Positions 28,856-38,975 of a stretch of DNA of 38,975 bases are shown here, piece by piece. Each line of letters begins with the position of its first letter. The stretch's first letter is position 1. The DNA lies in NCBI GenBank assembly GCA_044359815.1, contig JBIKLL010000019.1, positions 1 to 38,975 on the forward strand, read 5' to 3'. The notes beneath the pieces were generated by a model. It was not told the DNA's origin and ran no database searches. It worked only from the letters and a program-made list of their open reading frames with translations. Made by a program: the position numbers and the translations under genes. This DNA is from Pseudobdellovibrionaceae bacterium (lineage in GTDB: Bacteria; Bdellovibrionota; Bdellovibrionia; Bdellovibrionales; Bdellovibrionaceae).

Positions 28856-29077
28856 ATGAAAGCTACATTACTATTGGTTGTTGCCATTACCCTGGCAGCG
28901 GGATCGGCCCTTGCCGGTAAATCCACATGCGTCCATCAAAGGAAAGATAAACTGAAAAGATCGGATTTCTCATGGGCTTTGCCTGGTGGTAAACCACAGA
29001 TCAACAAACAGACCCCGGTTAAAAAAGGTCTGCGCGAAGCTTCAAATCAATCTGTGGGATCATCTAAGAACGGATAA
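28856..29077 (+). CDS. Small secreted basic hypothetical protein
   Basis: GAGGAG RBS, then MKATLLLVVAITLAAGSALA signal peptide. 73 aa. Confidence 0.65.
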   Translation: MKATLLLVVAITLAAGSALAGKSTCVHQRKDKLKRSDFSWALPGGKPQINKQTPVKKGLREASNQSVGSSKNG

Positions 29078-29093
29078 ATTCAGGACCAGTGAT

Positions 29094-29393
29094 TCACTGG
29101 TCTTGTTCATTCTTGTTAGAGCGTGAGAATTCTAATTTCTTCAGCCTGTTGCCAATGGCCTCACGCTTTTCATTAAGCCCTACTTTTTCTGAAATCAGGC
29201 TAAACATATTTTTTATCGATTTTGTTGCCCCCTCAGCCACCTGATGCAGGTACAAAGAGGCTTGAGAACTTTCTATCCAATGGGTCATTTTATCTTCGAT
29301 TTTTTCTGGTCCAATTTTAAACTGCATCACCATCACAATAAGCACTGTTAGAATTAATGATTTCACTGCGAACCACATTTCAGACATTTTCAA
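29094..29393 (-). CDS. Hypothetical membrane protein
   Basis: N-terminal TM. Overlaps the end of the response regulator gene. Confidence 0.6.
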   Translation of the reverse strand: MKMSEMWFAVKSLILTVLIVMVMQFKIGPEKIEDKMTHWIESSQASLYLHQVAEGATKSIKNMFSLISEKVGLNEKREAIGNRLKKLEFSRSNKNEQDQ

Positions 29394-29766
29394 CCTCCGT
29401 ATTAAAGGGTCTGTATCTGTTTAATATTCCGATCAGCTTTTCTTTGGTAAAAGGCTTTTCCATAAACTCTTTGCATCCCAAATCAATGATCTGATCCTTT
29501 AAATGATTTTCATCCAAAGTCGACATCGCCACAATCTTTGCCAGTGGATTCTGGTCCAAAATTTCCTGAGCTGTTTCAAAGCCGTTTTTTTTAGGCATCA
29601 CAAGGTCCAAAAAAATCAGATGGGGTTTCATTTTACGAGCCAAAGGTATGGCTTCTAAACCTGTCGTGGCTTCTATGACCATGTCGCAGCCATAATTTTT
29701 TGCCACAGTCGAAATTATTTCGCGGATAAATCCTGCATCATCAATAACCAAAACTCGATAAACCAT
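29380..29766 (-). CDS. Single-domain response regulator (CheY-like)
   Basis: VLVIDD, FLDLVMP (phospho-Asp), ST and KPF motifs. Confidence 0.9.
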   Translation of the reverse strand: MVYRVLVIDDAGFIREIISTVAKNYGCDMVIEATTGLEAIPLARKMKPHLIFLDLVMPKKNGFETAQEILDQNPLAKIVAMSTLDENHLKDQIIDLGCKEFMEKPFTKEKLIGILNRYRPFNTEVENV

Positions 29767-29822
29767 AATTTATTTTAATTGATTCTGAATTTTAAACCTA
29801 TCTATCCATTGGCAAAACTGGT

Positions 29823-31151
29823 CTATTGGCCCCAACGGTATCCCAGATTAAAAAAGACATTGGATTGAATCACGCTAACACCTGATGGAGTCGCTGCCGT
29901 TTCAGGGTCTGTGACATTGGCATTGCCAGTATATTGATGTTTGTCCTGGGTCAGCGTCATATCAACGATGACCTGATTTTGTCTGGTCAACTTGAATTCA
30001 CCACCCAATGACATTGAGATTCGTGACGAGCTCGGCCCATCACCTGAATAAATTTCGATGGCTGCCGGAGATTCTGCATGATTAACACGAGGAAAAAACT
30101 TGCCACCAAAAACCCAAGAAAAATTTGGTGAACTGGGATATCTGGCGTAAGCATGCACACCTACACCACTGGTTTTTTGGATGTTTCTGACAGTGTTCAG
30201 TGTTGAAACTTCAAACTTGTAATCAAAAAAATCAAAACCGTATTCGATGCTGGGGGATTTTCTGGATACCCCATAAAACTGCCTAAACTCCAGAGCCAGA
30301 TTATTGGTTTCATGCTTGGCAGGTGTTACGTTCTTATTATTTGCCGAAACATCCCCACCCAGAGTGGTTGCAGTCCCCACTGAAAAGCCTATCAATGGTG
30401 ATGGCCAAAATCTGCCGTATAAACCGTAGCTCGGAGCATAGCTGGTGTAGTTTCTGAAATAGTAATTGCTCTTGGAATCTTGATAGTGAAGTCCCATGTT
30501 AATCTGCAGTTCAACTTGATTCAGTCTGATATCATCAGGGTGAACCTGCTCTTTGTAGGCTTCAATAAAGGCCTTACCCTCACCCGTCACCAAATCAACC
30601 ACATGCTGAGTGATTGTTGGAGGACTGGCATCCGGCTCAGCATTTGATTTTGTATCTGAACCCACTCCAGGCTCCGGGCCCAGATCTTTCTTAGAATTTG
30701 TATCAACAGATTTTTCCACATTGGAATCGGCCGTTTTTTGATTCTCGGTGTTTTTATTTGCTGATGTATCAATGACGGTTTTGTCTGCAGGCTTTTTGCC
30801 TTTAACAGAATTCTGTTTGTCCTTGGTAATATCGGTTACTTGATTGCCAATCACCACAGAAACCAAAGAATCCACTGTTTGCAATTTTGCAGGTTTCGCT
30901 TTCTTGTCAGGCAAGGTGTTCTGAATTTTATTGTTAAGTTTAATCGTAGGTTCAACTATTGGCTCAGATCCGGGTTCGTCAATTGGCTTTTTGGTACTGA
31001 ATCGGCCTGTGTTGGAAGTCGGCTTACGTTTGCCATCGCTTTTTAACAACAATGATGAGTCCACCTGGGCAAAGCTAAGTAAGGGATAAATCAATGCTGA
31101 AATTAAGCAAAAGGCTATTACCTTGGGCATAGATGATTTTTCGGATTTCAA
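29823..31151 (-). CDS. Hypothetical outer-membrane beta-barrel protein with a long disordered N-terminus
   Basis: Signal peptide, K/P/S/D-rich low-complexity region of about 160 aa, amphipathic strands, and C-terminal FNLGYRWGQ. Start codon uncertain. Confidence 0.6.
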   Translation of the reverse strand: MKSEKSSMPKVIAFCLISALIYPLLSFAQVDSSLLLKSDGKRKPTSNTGRFSTKKPIDEPGSEPIVEPTIKLNNKIQNTLPDKKAKPAKLQTVDSLVSVVIGNQVTDITKDKQNSVKGKKPADKTVIDTSANKNTENQKTADSNVEKSVDTNSKKDLGPEPGVGSDTKSNAEPDASPPTITQHVVDLVTGEGKAFIEAYKEQVHPDDIRLNQVELQINMGLHYQDSKSNYYFRNYTSYAPSYGLYGRFWPSPLIGFSVGTATTLGGDVSANNKNVTPAKHETNNLALEFRQFYGVSRKSPSIEYGFDFFDYKFEVSTLNTVRNIQKTSGVGVHAYARYPSSPNFSWVFGGKFFPRVNHAESPAAIEIYSGDGPSSSRISMSLGGEFKLTRQNQVIVDMTLTQDKHQYTGNANVTDPETAATPSGVSVIQSNVFFNLGYRWGQ

Positions 31152-31184
31152 AGTTATTTTCTTAACTTAAATCGCAACAGACAA

Positions 31185-31213
31185 TTGACCGTCCTGGGCC
31201 AGAGATTCATACT
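31185..31213 (+). promoter_or_regulatory. Putative sigma70 promoter
   Basis: TTGACC-N17-CATACT ending 9 nt before ATG 31223. Confidence 0.5.
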
Positions 31214-31222
31214 GAATTACAG

Positions 31223-32815
31223 ATGAACACTAGGATTAACTATAAAAGTTTCTGGATTGCGCTGATATTTTTGACCCCTACCTTTGTATGGGCTCAAAAG
31301 ACAAAATATGTTTCCAGTGTAGAAAATCAAATCTCTGTTCGTTCGGTTTTAGTATTTCCATTTATCGATAATACCAAGGGTATTTATTCAGGACCTTTGA
31401 CCAGTAAGCTGAAAAGTCTGATGGACTCCGAGAGACAATGGAACACGGTCGCTGGTCCCGAGCGATCTAATAAGGGACCTGAGTTTTTTGATGAAAACCC
31501 ATCAGCGGTTGTGGATCTGTATAAAAAACATTCTGTCGATGGTGTCATCAGTGGTCGCATATCGAAAGGCCCCAGCGGTTTAAATCTGTCATTAAATCTG
31601 TATGTTGGTAAAGACGGTCTGTTGGCCGCACGAGCAACCCTGAATGATTTTAAAGGATTTGAAATCAAAGAGCTTGAGCACAAGGTTGAACAGCTTTGGT
31701 CAAATCTGAAATCCCGACTGCCCTACGCGGGAATGATCCTGAGTCGTAAAGGACAATTGGTCACAATAAATTTAGGTAAATCTTCGGGCTACAAAGAAGG
31801 CGACGAAATTTCTGTGATTCAAATTTTGAAGATCGAACGCCACCCCAAATTTAAATTTATCACCGGCAGCGAAAAAGAAATTTTTGGTAAAATCAAAATC
31901 TCTAAGGCCGAAGAATTTTTAAGCTTTGCTACAATTTTGAGTGAACGTGAAAGCGGTGTTTTGATTTCAGGCATGAAGCTTATGCCAATAAATTTTGTTC
32001 AATACAACGAGACCCCCATTGATCCTACCGGAAAATTACAACCTGCTCTGAATGATCAGACTGACGGCGACATGGCTTTTGGTGATAAGCCACAGGAATG
32101 GGTTCCAGACGCCACACCGTCATTTGGAAAGCTTGGCTTGATGCTGGGATTGGGGACCTTCACCAATAACAACACCCTGTCGACTGTCGGGGCAATGAAT
32201 TCCTCCAGCAGTGCCACGCCTTCAATACATTTTGATACAGAGCTGTGGCTCAATCCCAATTGGATAGCTAATTTTCAGCTGCACCAGTATGTTTACACTT
32301 TGGTCAATCCCTATACCGGTAGCTCACCCGCAAAGCTCAATGGTCAATCAACAGAAATGTCTTTCAATGTTGGCTACAATTTTCTGTTAGAGGACAAATT
32401 CTTTGGACCCAAACTGGTTTTTACGATGGGTTGGGATCAGTACAAATCAACGATTGATTCATCAACACCGGTGGCTCTGACAGCTTTGACTCTAACAGGT
32501 TTTAATTTTGGTGTGTCTGGGCAATTGCCATTGTCTGATGACACTCCAATGGATGTCGGCGCAGGATTTAATTATTTTATTTCTTCGTCGGTGGATGAAT
32601 CCCCTGTAACATCTGGATCATCCAATAAACCCACAATGATTCGATTTCAAGTATTTGGTGATTACAGATATTCACCAAGATATTCATTAAAAGGCGTTTT
32701 CTTTTATGATCAAAACCAGGTGCAGTTTTCAGGAGTCGGCACCAGAACAGACGTGGGCACATCAGCCAGCCACAACTTCCTAACCTTGGCAGTGGGAATC
32801 AACTACCGTTTCTAA
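31223..32815 (+). CDS. Hypothetical outer-membrane protein (TolB-N/FlgT-like periplasmic domains plus C-terminal beta-barrel)
   Basis: Signal peptide, VLVFPF, a FlgT-C-like GMILSRKGQLVTINLG...GD segment, beta-strands and terminal YRF. Confidence 0.65.
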   Translation: MNTRINYKSFWIALIFLTPTFVWAQKTKYVSSVENQISVRSVLVFPFIDNTKGIYSGPLTSKLKSLMDSERQWNTVAGPERSNKGPEFFDENPSAVVDLYKKHSVDGVISGRISKGPSGLNLSLNLYVGKDGLLAARATLNDFKGFEIKELEHKVEQLWSNLKSRLPYAGMILSRKGQLVTINLGKSSGYKEGDEISVIQILKIERHPKFKFITGSEKEIFGKIKISKAEEFLSFATILSERESGVLISGMKLMPINFVQYNETPIDPTGKLQPALNDQTDGDMAFGDKPQEWVPDATPSFGKLGLMLGLGTFTNNNTLSTVGAMNSSSSATPSIHFDTELWLNPNWIANFQLHQYVYTLVNPYTGSSPAKLNGQSTEMSFNVGYNFLLEDKFFGPKLVFTMGWDQYKSTIDSSTPVALTALTLTGFNFGVSGQLPLSDDTPMDVGAGFNYFISSSVDESPVTSGSSNKPTMIRFQVFGDYRYSPRYSLKGVFFYDQNQVQFSGVGTRTDVGTSASHNFLTLAVGINYRF

Positions 32816-32973
32816 AAGAGACCGTATTACTTTTTCTGTCTACACCGCACGATAAAAAGTTATGAGAATCAAAAAATCAAATTACTTTTTATAAAAGGTA
32901 ATTTGGTGTTTCGATGTTGTGTCATTTTATCGTGCGGTGTAGACAGAAAAAGTAATACGGTCTCTTTTAGAAA
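32809..32973. repeat. Perfect 49-bp inverted repeat with an internal hairpin
   Basis: 32809-32857 and 32925-32973 are exact reverse complements. The spacer contains the stem ATCAAATTACTTTT...AAAAGGTAATTTGGT. Confidence 0.9.
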
Positions 32974-32974
32974 A

Positions 32975-33001
32975 AAAACCCCGAGGGTTACTCGGGGTTT
33001 T
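32975..33001 (-). terminator. Rho-independent terminator of groEL (probably bidirectional)
   Basis: AAAACCCCGAG-GGTTA-CTCGGGGTTTT. An A8 tract gives a U-tail on the minus strand. Confidence 0.85.
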
Positions 33002-33030
33002 GGATAAGTCATTTAGCTTGTTCAGCTTGA

Positions 33031-34680
<1,650 letters not shown>

Positions 34681-34747
34681 TTATTTCTCCTTAATTAATT
34701 ATTTTTAGTTAATTCAATATTTCAATGGCTTTGCCATTAATTGGGAT

Positions 34748-35053
34748 TCAGTTAAAAACTCCCAATACATCTTCTTCACGCATCATCAAAAATTCTTCGC
34801 CGTTTAATTTCAGTTCAGTGCCAGCATATTTGCTGAACAAAACTTTATCGCCAGCTCGTACTTCCAACGGAAGAGTCTTGCCGTCTTCAGTAACTCTGCC
34901 TTTTCCTGTTGCTACGATTTCACCTTTTTGAGGTTTTTCTTTTGCCGTGTCGGGGATAAACAATCCACCTGCGGTTTTTTCTTCTTCAGCCATTCTTTTG
35001 ACCAAAATTCGGTCATGCAGTGGGCGTACGCCAAATTCTGCTGCTTTTGCCAT
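34748..35053 (-). CDS. groS: Co-chaperonin GroES
   Basis: [24 protein letters not shown] and FSKYAGTE motifs. Confidence 0.99.
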   Translation of the reverse strand: MAKAAEFGVRPLHDRILVKRMAEEEKTAGGLFIPDTAKEKPQKGEIVATGKGRVTEDGKTLPLEVRAGDKVLFSKYAGTELKLNGEEFLMMREEDVLGVFN

Positions 35054-35118
35054 GTGTCCTCCTTATTAAAGACAATTATTAGTAATAATTTTTGATTAAA
35101 TGTTATGAACCGCCACTA

Positions 35119-35146
35119 ATATGGAGTGACACAGAAAACTGTCAAG
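35119..35146 (-). promoter_or_regulatory. Putative sigma32 (RpoH)-type heat-shock promoter of groESL
   Basis: Minus strand CTTGAC-N14-CTCCATAT, compared with the consensus CTTGAA-N13/14-CCCCATNT. Confidence 0.55.
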
Positions 35147-35192
35147 TTCGGTGAATTTAAGATTGTAATTTATGAATTATTTATGCTTGGTG

Positions 35193-35702
35193 TTAATTGT
35201 AACCAGGCTTACTGGTAGCAGTCTTTGAAAGTCCCTGATTTTGCTGGGGTTCTATTCTGTTCACGCCAATTGCCTTTGCATAGGCTTCCAACAGATCGGC
35301 AACCTCAGTAACGGACATTTTACTGGCGGCTTCTTGGAACCGTCTTTCAGATGGATGCTGGGATAAATACAGCACAAAATAATCAGCCACAGTCAGATCC
35401 TTGGCCACATCAAGGTTCCAGTCCTCTTGGGTCAGATCCTTAGTTAGGTTTTTGGATTGGTCTTCTTTACCCTGTGATTTCAATGACTTAATCTGCTCTT
35501 TAATTACTAATACCCTTTCGCCGACCCTTTCGATCTTCTCGGCCTTCCATTCTCGAAAGCTTTTGACCTCTAGGCCGCTAGTGACTTTGGCTTGGGGGAT
35601 TACATTGTTTTGAGCCACAGTGCTGGCTCGATAGGGCCTCACATTAGGTCCCGCAGCACCCGTCAAAAACCCAAAAATAAACAGAAAGCATATTTTAAAC
35701 AT
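35193..35702 (-). CDS. Hypothetical secreted protein
   Basis: Signal peptide and a helical/coiled-coil region. Confidence 0.65.
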   Translation of the reverse strand: MFKICFLFIFGFLTGAAGPNVRPYRASTVAQNNVIPQAKVTSGLEVKSFREWKAEKIERVGERVLVIKEQIKSLKSQGKEDQSKNLTKDLTQEDWNLDVAKDLTVADYFVLYLSQHPSERRFQEAASKMSVTEVADLLEAYAKAIGVNRIEPQQNQGLSKTATSKPGYN

Positions 35703-35929
35703 AGATGCAGGGTTTGATTACAAGATTTGTTCCCAGATAAAATATTGAATTCTCTTGCAATTTCAATCAGTGCCCGTGTCGAACTTTTTTAACAAGTGCC
35801 CCCAATTTGGGCCATTTACAGGATCTTAACAGACACCTCTGTTTGCTTGTGGGCCCAACAATGTGCTTTCAAGTAAGATTGCACGCACAGTGCAAGGGGT
35901 GGAACTATACATCACTGCTGGTATGATCA

Positions 35930-36646
35930 ATGGGCTCAAAGGAGTCCGCCATTTATAAAATCAGAAAATCCAAAGACCGCGGACATTTTGATCATGGTTG
36001 GCTAGATACCTATCACACATTTTCTTTTGGCGATTACGTTGATCCAGAAAATAATCAGTTCAGCTGTCTGCGGGTGATGAACGAAGACTTTATCAAAGCC
36101 GGTGTTGGATTTCCTATGCACGGACACCGGGACATGGAGATCATTACCTATGTCATTTCGGGGGCCCTTGAACACAAAGACTCACTGGGAAACGGAACTG
36201 TGATTAACGCTGGTGATGTGCAACGAATGACTGCAGGCACGGGAATCAAGCATTCAGAATTCAATCATTCAAAAACCCAAGATGTTCATTTGTATCAGAT
36301 CTGGATTTTACCCAATCAACCTAATCTGCAACCCGGTTACCAACAAAAAAACTACAGCAATGTGGTTTCAATGAATTCTATGAAACTGGTTGCCTCACAA
36401 TCAGGTGAACAGGATTCGGTTTCATTGAATCAGGATATAAGGCTTTATATTGGAAAGCTGAAGAATCAAAATTTAGCTTACAGATTAAATCCCGGCAGAA
36501 GCTCATGGGTGCAATTAATTTCAGGACAACTGAACGTGGATGGCAATGCTATGAGCTCTGGGGATGGGTTAGCCATTACGCAGGAAAAAATTGTGACATT
36601 GGAAAGCCCCACCCAAGCTGATTTTTTATTTTTTGATTTACCTTAA
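35930..36646 (+). CDS. Pirin family protein (YhhW-like)
   Basis: HGWL, HTFSF, GFPMHGHRDMEI, MTAGTGIKHSE and QIWI motifs. Confidence 0.92.
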   Translation: MGSKESAIYKIRKSKDRGHFDHGWLDTYHTFSFGDYVDPENNQFSCLRVMNEDFIKAGVGFPMHGHRDMEIITYVISGALEHKDSLGNGTVINAGDVQRMTAGTGIKHSEFNHSKTQDVHLYQIWILPNQPNLQPGYQQKNYSNVVSMNSMKLVASQSGEQDSVSLNQDIRLYIGKLKNQNLAYRLNPGRSSWVQLISGQLNVDGNAMSSGDGLAITQEKIVTLESPTQADFLFFDLP

Positions 36647-36663
36647 ACCGCACAGGGAAAAAT

Positions 36664-38310
36664 ATGAATAAATTGATTTGGATTGTTTTATTGATTTTTT
36701 CGTCAAGCCAATCTTTAGCCCTCAGAAGCGAAAAGGCTCTGTCGTACAGTCTGGAAAATGATCTTTGGATAGCCAAATTGTCTGAAGGTTTTCATTTTAA
36801 TGAAAAAGCCCCCAATGGAATGCAAACACAAAGTCAGATGTTAAAGCCCAATGTGTTAGAACCAAATAAAATTGTATTTAAATCACCTGATGTTAAATCA
36901 GCCATCGCCAGATTGTATGTTTGTGATGATGCAGTGACTTTTTGCGAAGTCATCACCGTCAATGTGAATTCTGAAATCAATTCGAAATTTAAAATATTAA
37001 ATGAAGGCAAAACAAAGTCCAAATCTGCCTATGGCTTTAACACGGATCTGCAGCAGGCACTGGAGCAAGCAAAAAAATCAAATCAATTGGTAATGATCGA
37101 TTTTTCGGCCAGATGGTGCCCAGGTTGCCAGCGGATGGAAACTGATATTTTTACAAAGCAGAAATTTAAAAAACAAACTGACAAAATTGTGAAGGTCAAA
37201 ATCGATACTGATATGTATGAGAACTCTGTACTGGCTGAAAAGTATCAGATTCTGGGTGTTCCGACAGTGATTTTTTTAAACAGCCAGGGCCAAGAAATCT
37301 TAAGGCTTCTGGATTATGTCAGTGCCGAAGTTTTTTATAAATCGCTGAAGTCGGTTCAGAAAGATCCACGTTCATTCAACAATTTGATTGAGGTCGCAGA
37401 ACAATCAAAGGACCCAAAAGAACTGTACCGACTGGGACAAAGGTTTTTTTGGGGCGGTCAATTTGAAAACGCAGTCAAAGCCCTATCCAAAGTTTCACCA
37501 GCACCCATTGAATTGAATGCAGCAGATTTTTATCATCATCAGAATCTGTTTAACAAAAAACAGATCGATCAAAAAACCTATGCACAAAAACTGTTAACAT
37601 TGCTGGGGCTTGAAAGCCAAAGCACACGGTCCATTGTTTGGAGAACTGAATTATTTGCCACTGAATTTTTAAATCCTGATGAACAAAATAAATTACTGGA
37701 ATCAGGTACGAGGATTTTTGAAACGGCCATGAAAAGCTCGAAGGATTTTAAACGATTGTCTGAGGGTGATGTCTTTGGCGATTTGGTTGGGTATGAAAAG
37801 CTAAGCCTTGCCATGAATTACGCCGACCTGATTGAAACAGGACAGAAAGATCCTGTGGCCACAAAGGCAGCCTGGACAAGAGCTGCTCAAATTGGCGAAA
37901 AATTAAAAATTCCAAACCGTGAAATCGGCCCTTCGGTAAGATTTTTGAGTGCACTTGTAGCCGCAGAAGAATGGGTTAAAGCGCACAAGCTGGTTTTAGC
38001 ACTGAAAAAATCGGATCCTAAAAATGGTGATCTGCTGAGGCGCGAATTGAAAATCCTGGTAGGATTAAAGGACTACGAGTCAGCAAAAAAAATTGGTGAA
38101 CTGGCGTTGCAAGACTCTTATGGCAGAAATCACGTTTGGGTAGTTGAAAATTTAGCGAAAGCCTATGGTGAATCGGGCGCGAAAGACCGTGCTATAAAAA
38201 TTTTGGACGATTATTTGCTTAAACCAGAACTGGATTTAAAAATGCTAAAGTCCACGAAAACTGCATTAGAAAAGCTCAAATCACAATACAGTCAGCAACC
38301 TAAATTATAA
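36664..38310 (+). CDS. Secreted thioredoxin-domain/TPR protein with a DsbD-alpha-like N-terminus
   Basis: Signal peptide, YVCDDAVTFC, DFSARWCPGC, the GVPT cis-Pro loop and TPR-like helices. Confidence 0.75.
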   Translation: MNKLIWIVLLIFSSSQSLALRSEKALSYSLENDLWIAKLSEGFHFNEKAPNGMQTQSQMLKPNVLEPNKIVFKSPDVKSAIARLYVCDDAVTFCEVITVNVNSEINSKFKILNEGKTKSKSAYGFNTDLQQALEQAKKSNQLVMIDFSARWCPGCQRMETDIFTKQKFKKQTDKIVKVKIDTDMYENSVLAEKYQILGVPTVIFLNSQGQEILRLLDYVSAEVFYKSLKSVQKDPRSFNNLIEVAEQSKDPKELYRLGQRFFWGGQFENAVKALSKVSPAPIELNAADFYHHQNLFNKKQIDQKTYAQKLLTLLGLESQSTRSIVWRTELFATEFLNPDEQNKLLESGTRIFETAMKSSKDFKRLSEGDVFGDLVGYEKLSLAMNYADLIETGQKDPVATKAAWTRAAQIGEKLKIPNREIGPSVRFLSALVAAEEWVKAHKLVLALKKSDPKNGDLLRRELKILVGLKDYESAKKIGELALQDSYGRNHVWVVENLAKAYGESGAKDRAIKILDDYLLKPELDLKMLKSTKTALEKLKSQYSQQPKL

Positions 38311-38403
38311 ACGCTAAAAAATCCCTGGATTGATTAAAAAAAGTTGCACATTAACCGTGCTTAGATACCATAAAATATAAACGACTCAAGGATGGGGGAT
38401 TTT

Positions 38404-38975
38404 ATGTTTCAAAAAATAGCTGCGGCTTTAATCACATTATCAATAATCGCTTCTGCAAATCTGGCCACAGCAGGAACTGTAAAAGTCATCCAGAAAAAAG
38501 GCAGCAAAGCTATTATCGAAGGCCCTTTTGTTTCAACTCTGGCAGTTGGAGCAACCTATGATGTGGGCGAAGGCACTTCAGTTGCGTCATCTTCTGCCAC
38601 AAGAAATGTCGCTGGAATTTCTGGGAAAAAATATGTGTTCTCCGGCACCACTTTATTTTCATACTCTAGTAGCAAAAACGAAAGCGCCACCACTGGAGTG
38701 TCATCAAATTCTACTTCGATTTCAATATTTGGTGGTTTTGGATTTGTTATGAACCAATTTGAACTGGGTCCGATTCTGGGCTACACCAGTATTTCGACCG
38801 GAAGTTATAGTTTTACTTCGACAAGTATTGGTGGTTATTTTGATTACAATCTTACATCACCGACCATGACAAATATTGTTTTTGGACCGACGGCAAGCAT
38901 AGCATTAATTTCTTCCTCGGGTATTAATGTGTCGAACTCGGGAAATCAAATTGTACTAGGTGGTTTTTTGAAGTG
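38404..38975 (+). CDS. Outer-membrane beta-barrel-like secreted protein (partial)
   Basis: Not in the ORF track. GGGGG RBS, then MFQKIAAALITLSIIASANLATA signal peptide and amphipathic strands (GGFGFVMNQFELGPILGY). Appears open to the window end. Confidence 0.7.
   Translation, partial: MFQKIAAALITLSIIASANLATAGTVKVIQKKGSKAIIEGPFVSTLAVGATYDVGEGTSVASSSATRNVAGISGKKYVFSGTTLFSYSSSKNESATTGVSSNSTSISIFGGFGFVMNQFELGPILGYTSISTGSYSFTSTSIGGYFDYNLTSPTMTNIVFGPTASIALISSSGINVSNSGNQIVLGGFLK

Noticed and set aside
35054..35192. CIRCE operator upstream of groES
   Set aside because: No TTAGCACTC-N9-GAGTGCTAA found. A sigma32-like promoter fits better.

Overview
This window looks like chromosomal DNA from a Bdellovibrionota (Bdellovibrio-like predatory) bacterium, an inference from gene content and order. 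It carries typA and a Dus enzyme, a PhoX-family phosphatase, a nitroreductase, mltG and an atypical arginine/ornithine succinyltransferase (ast-like) operon. Next come bamD, a TPR gene, an HPRT-like gene and a complete-looking Tad/Flp (type IVc) pilus cluster lacking tadC. That cluster ends in an RHS/YD protein and a small secreted CxxC protein, matching the B. bacteriovorus 'hit' locus layout. The rest holds a CheY-like regulator, outer-membrane proteins, groES-groEL, a pirin and a thioredoxin-TPR protein. The most striking unexplained feature is a dispersed intergenic element found three times (about 3.3, 17.8 and 28.6 kb). It has a conserved GC-rich branched core of about 62-79 nt with compensatory base changes, sitting at the tip of a long AT-rich hairpin whose arms differ between copies. 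The arms are perfectly self-complementary in two copies (51 and 39 bp). A fourth perfect 49-bp inverted repeat without the core lies at 32.8 kb. I saw no CRISPR array, rRNA, tRNA or transposase.
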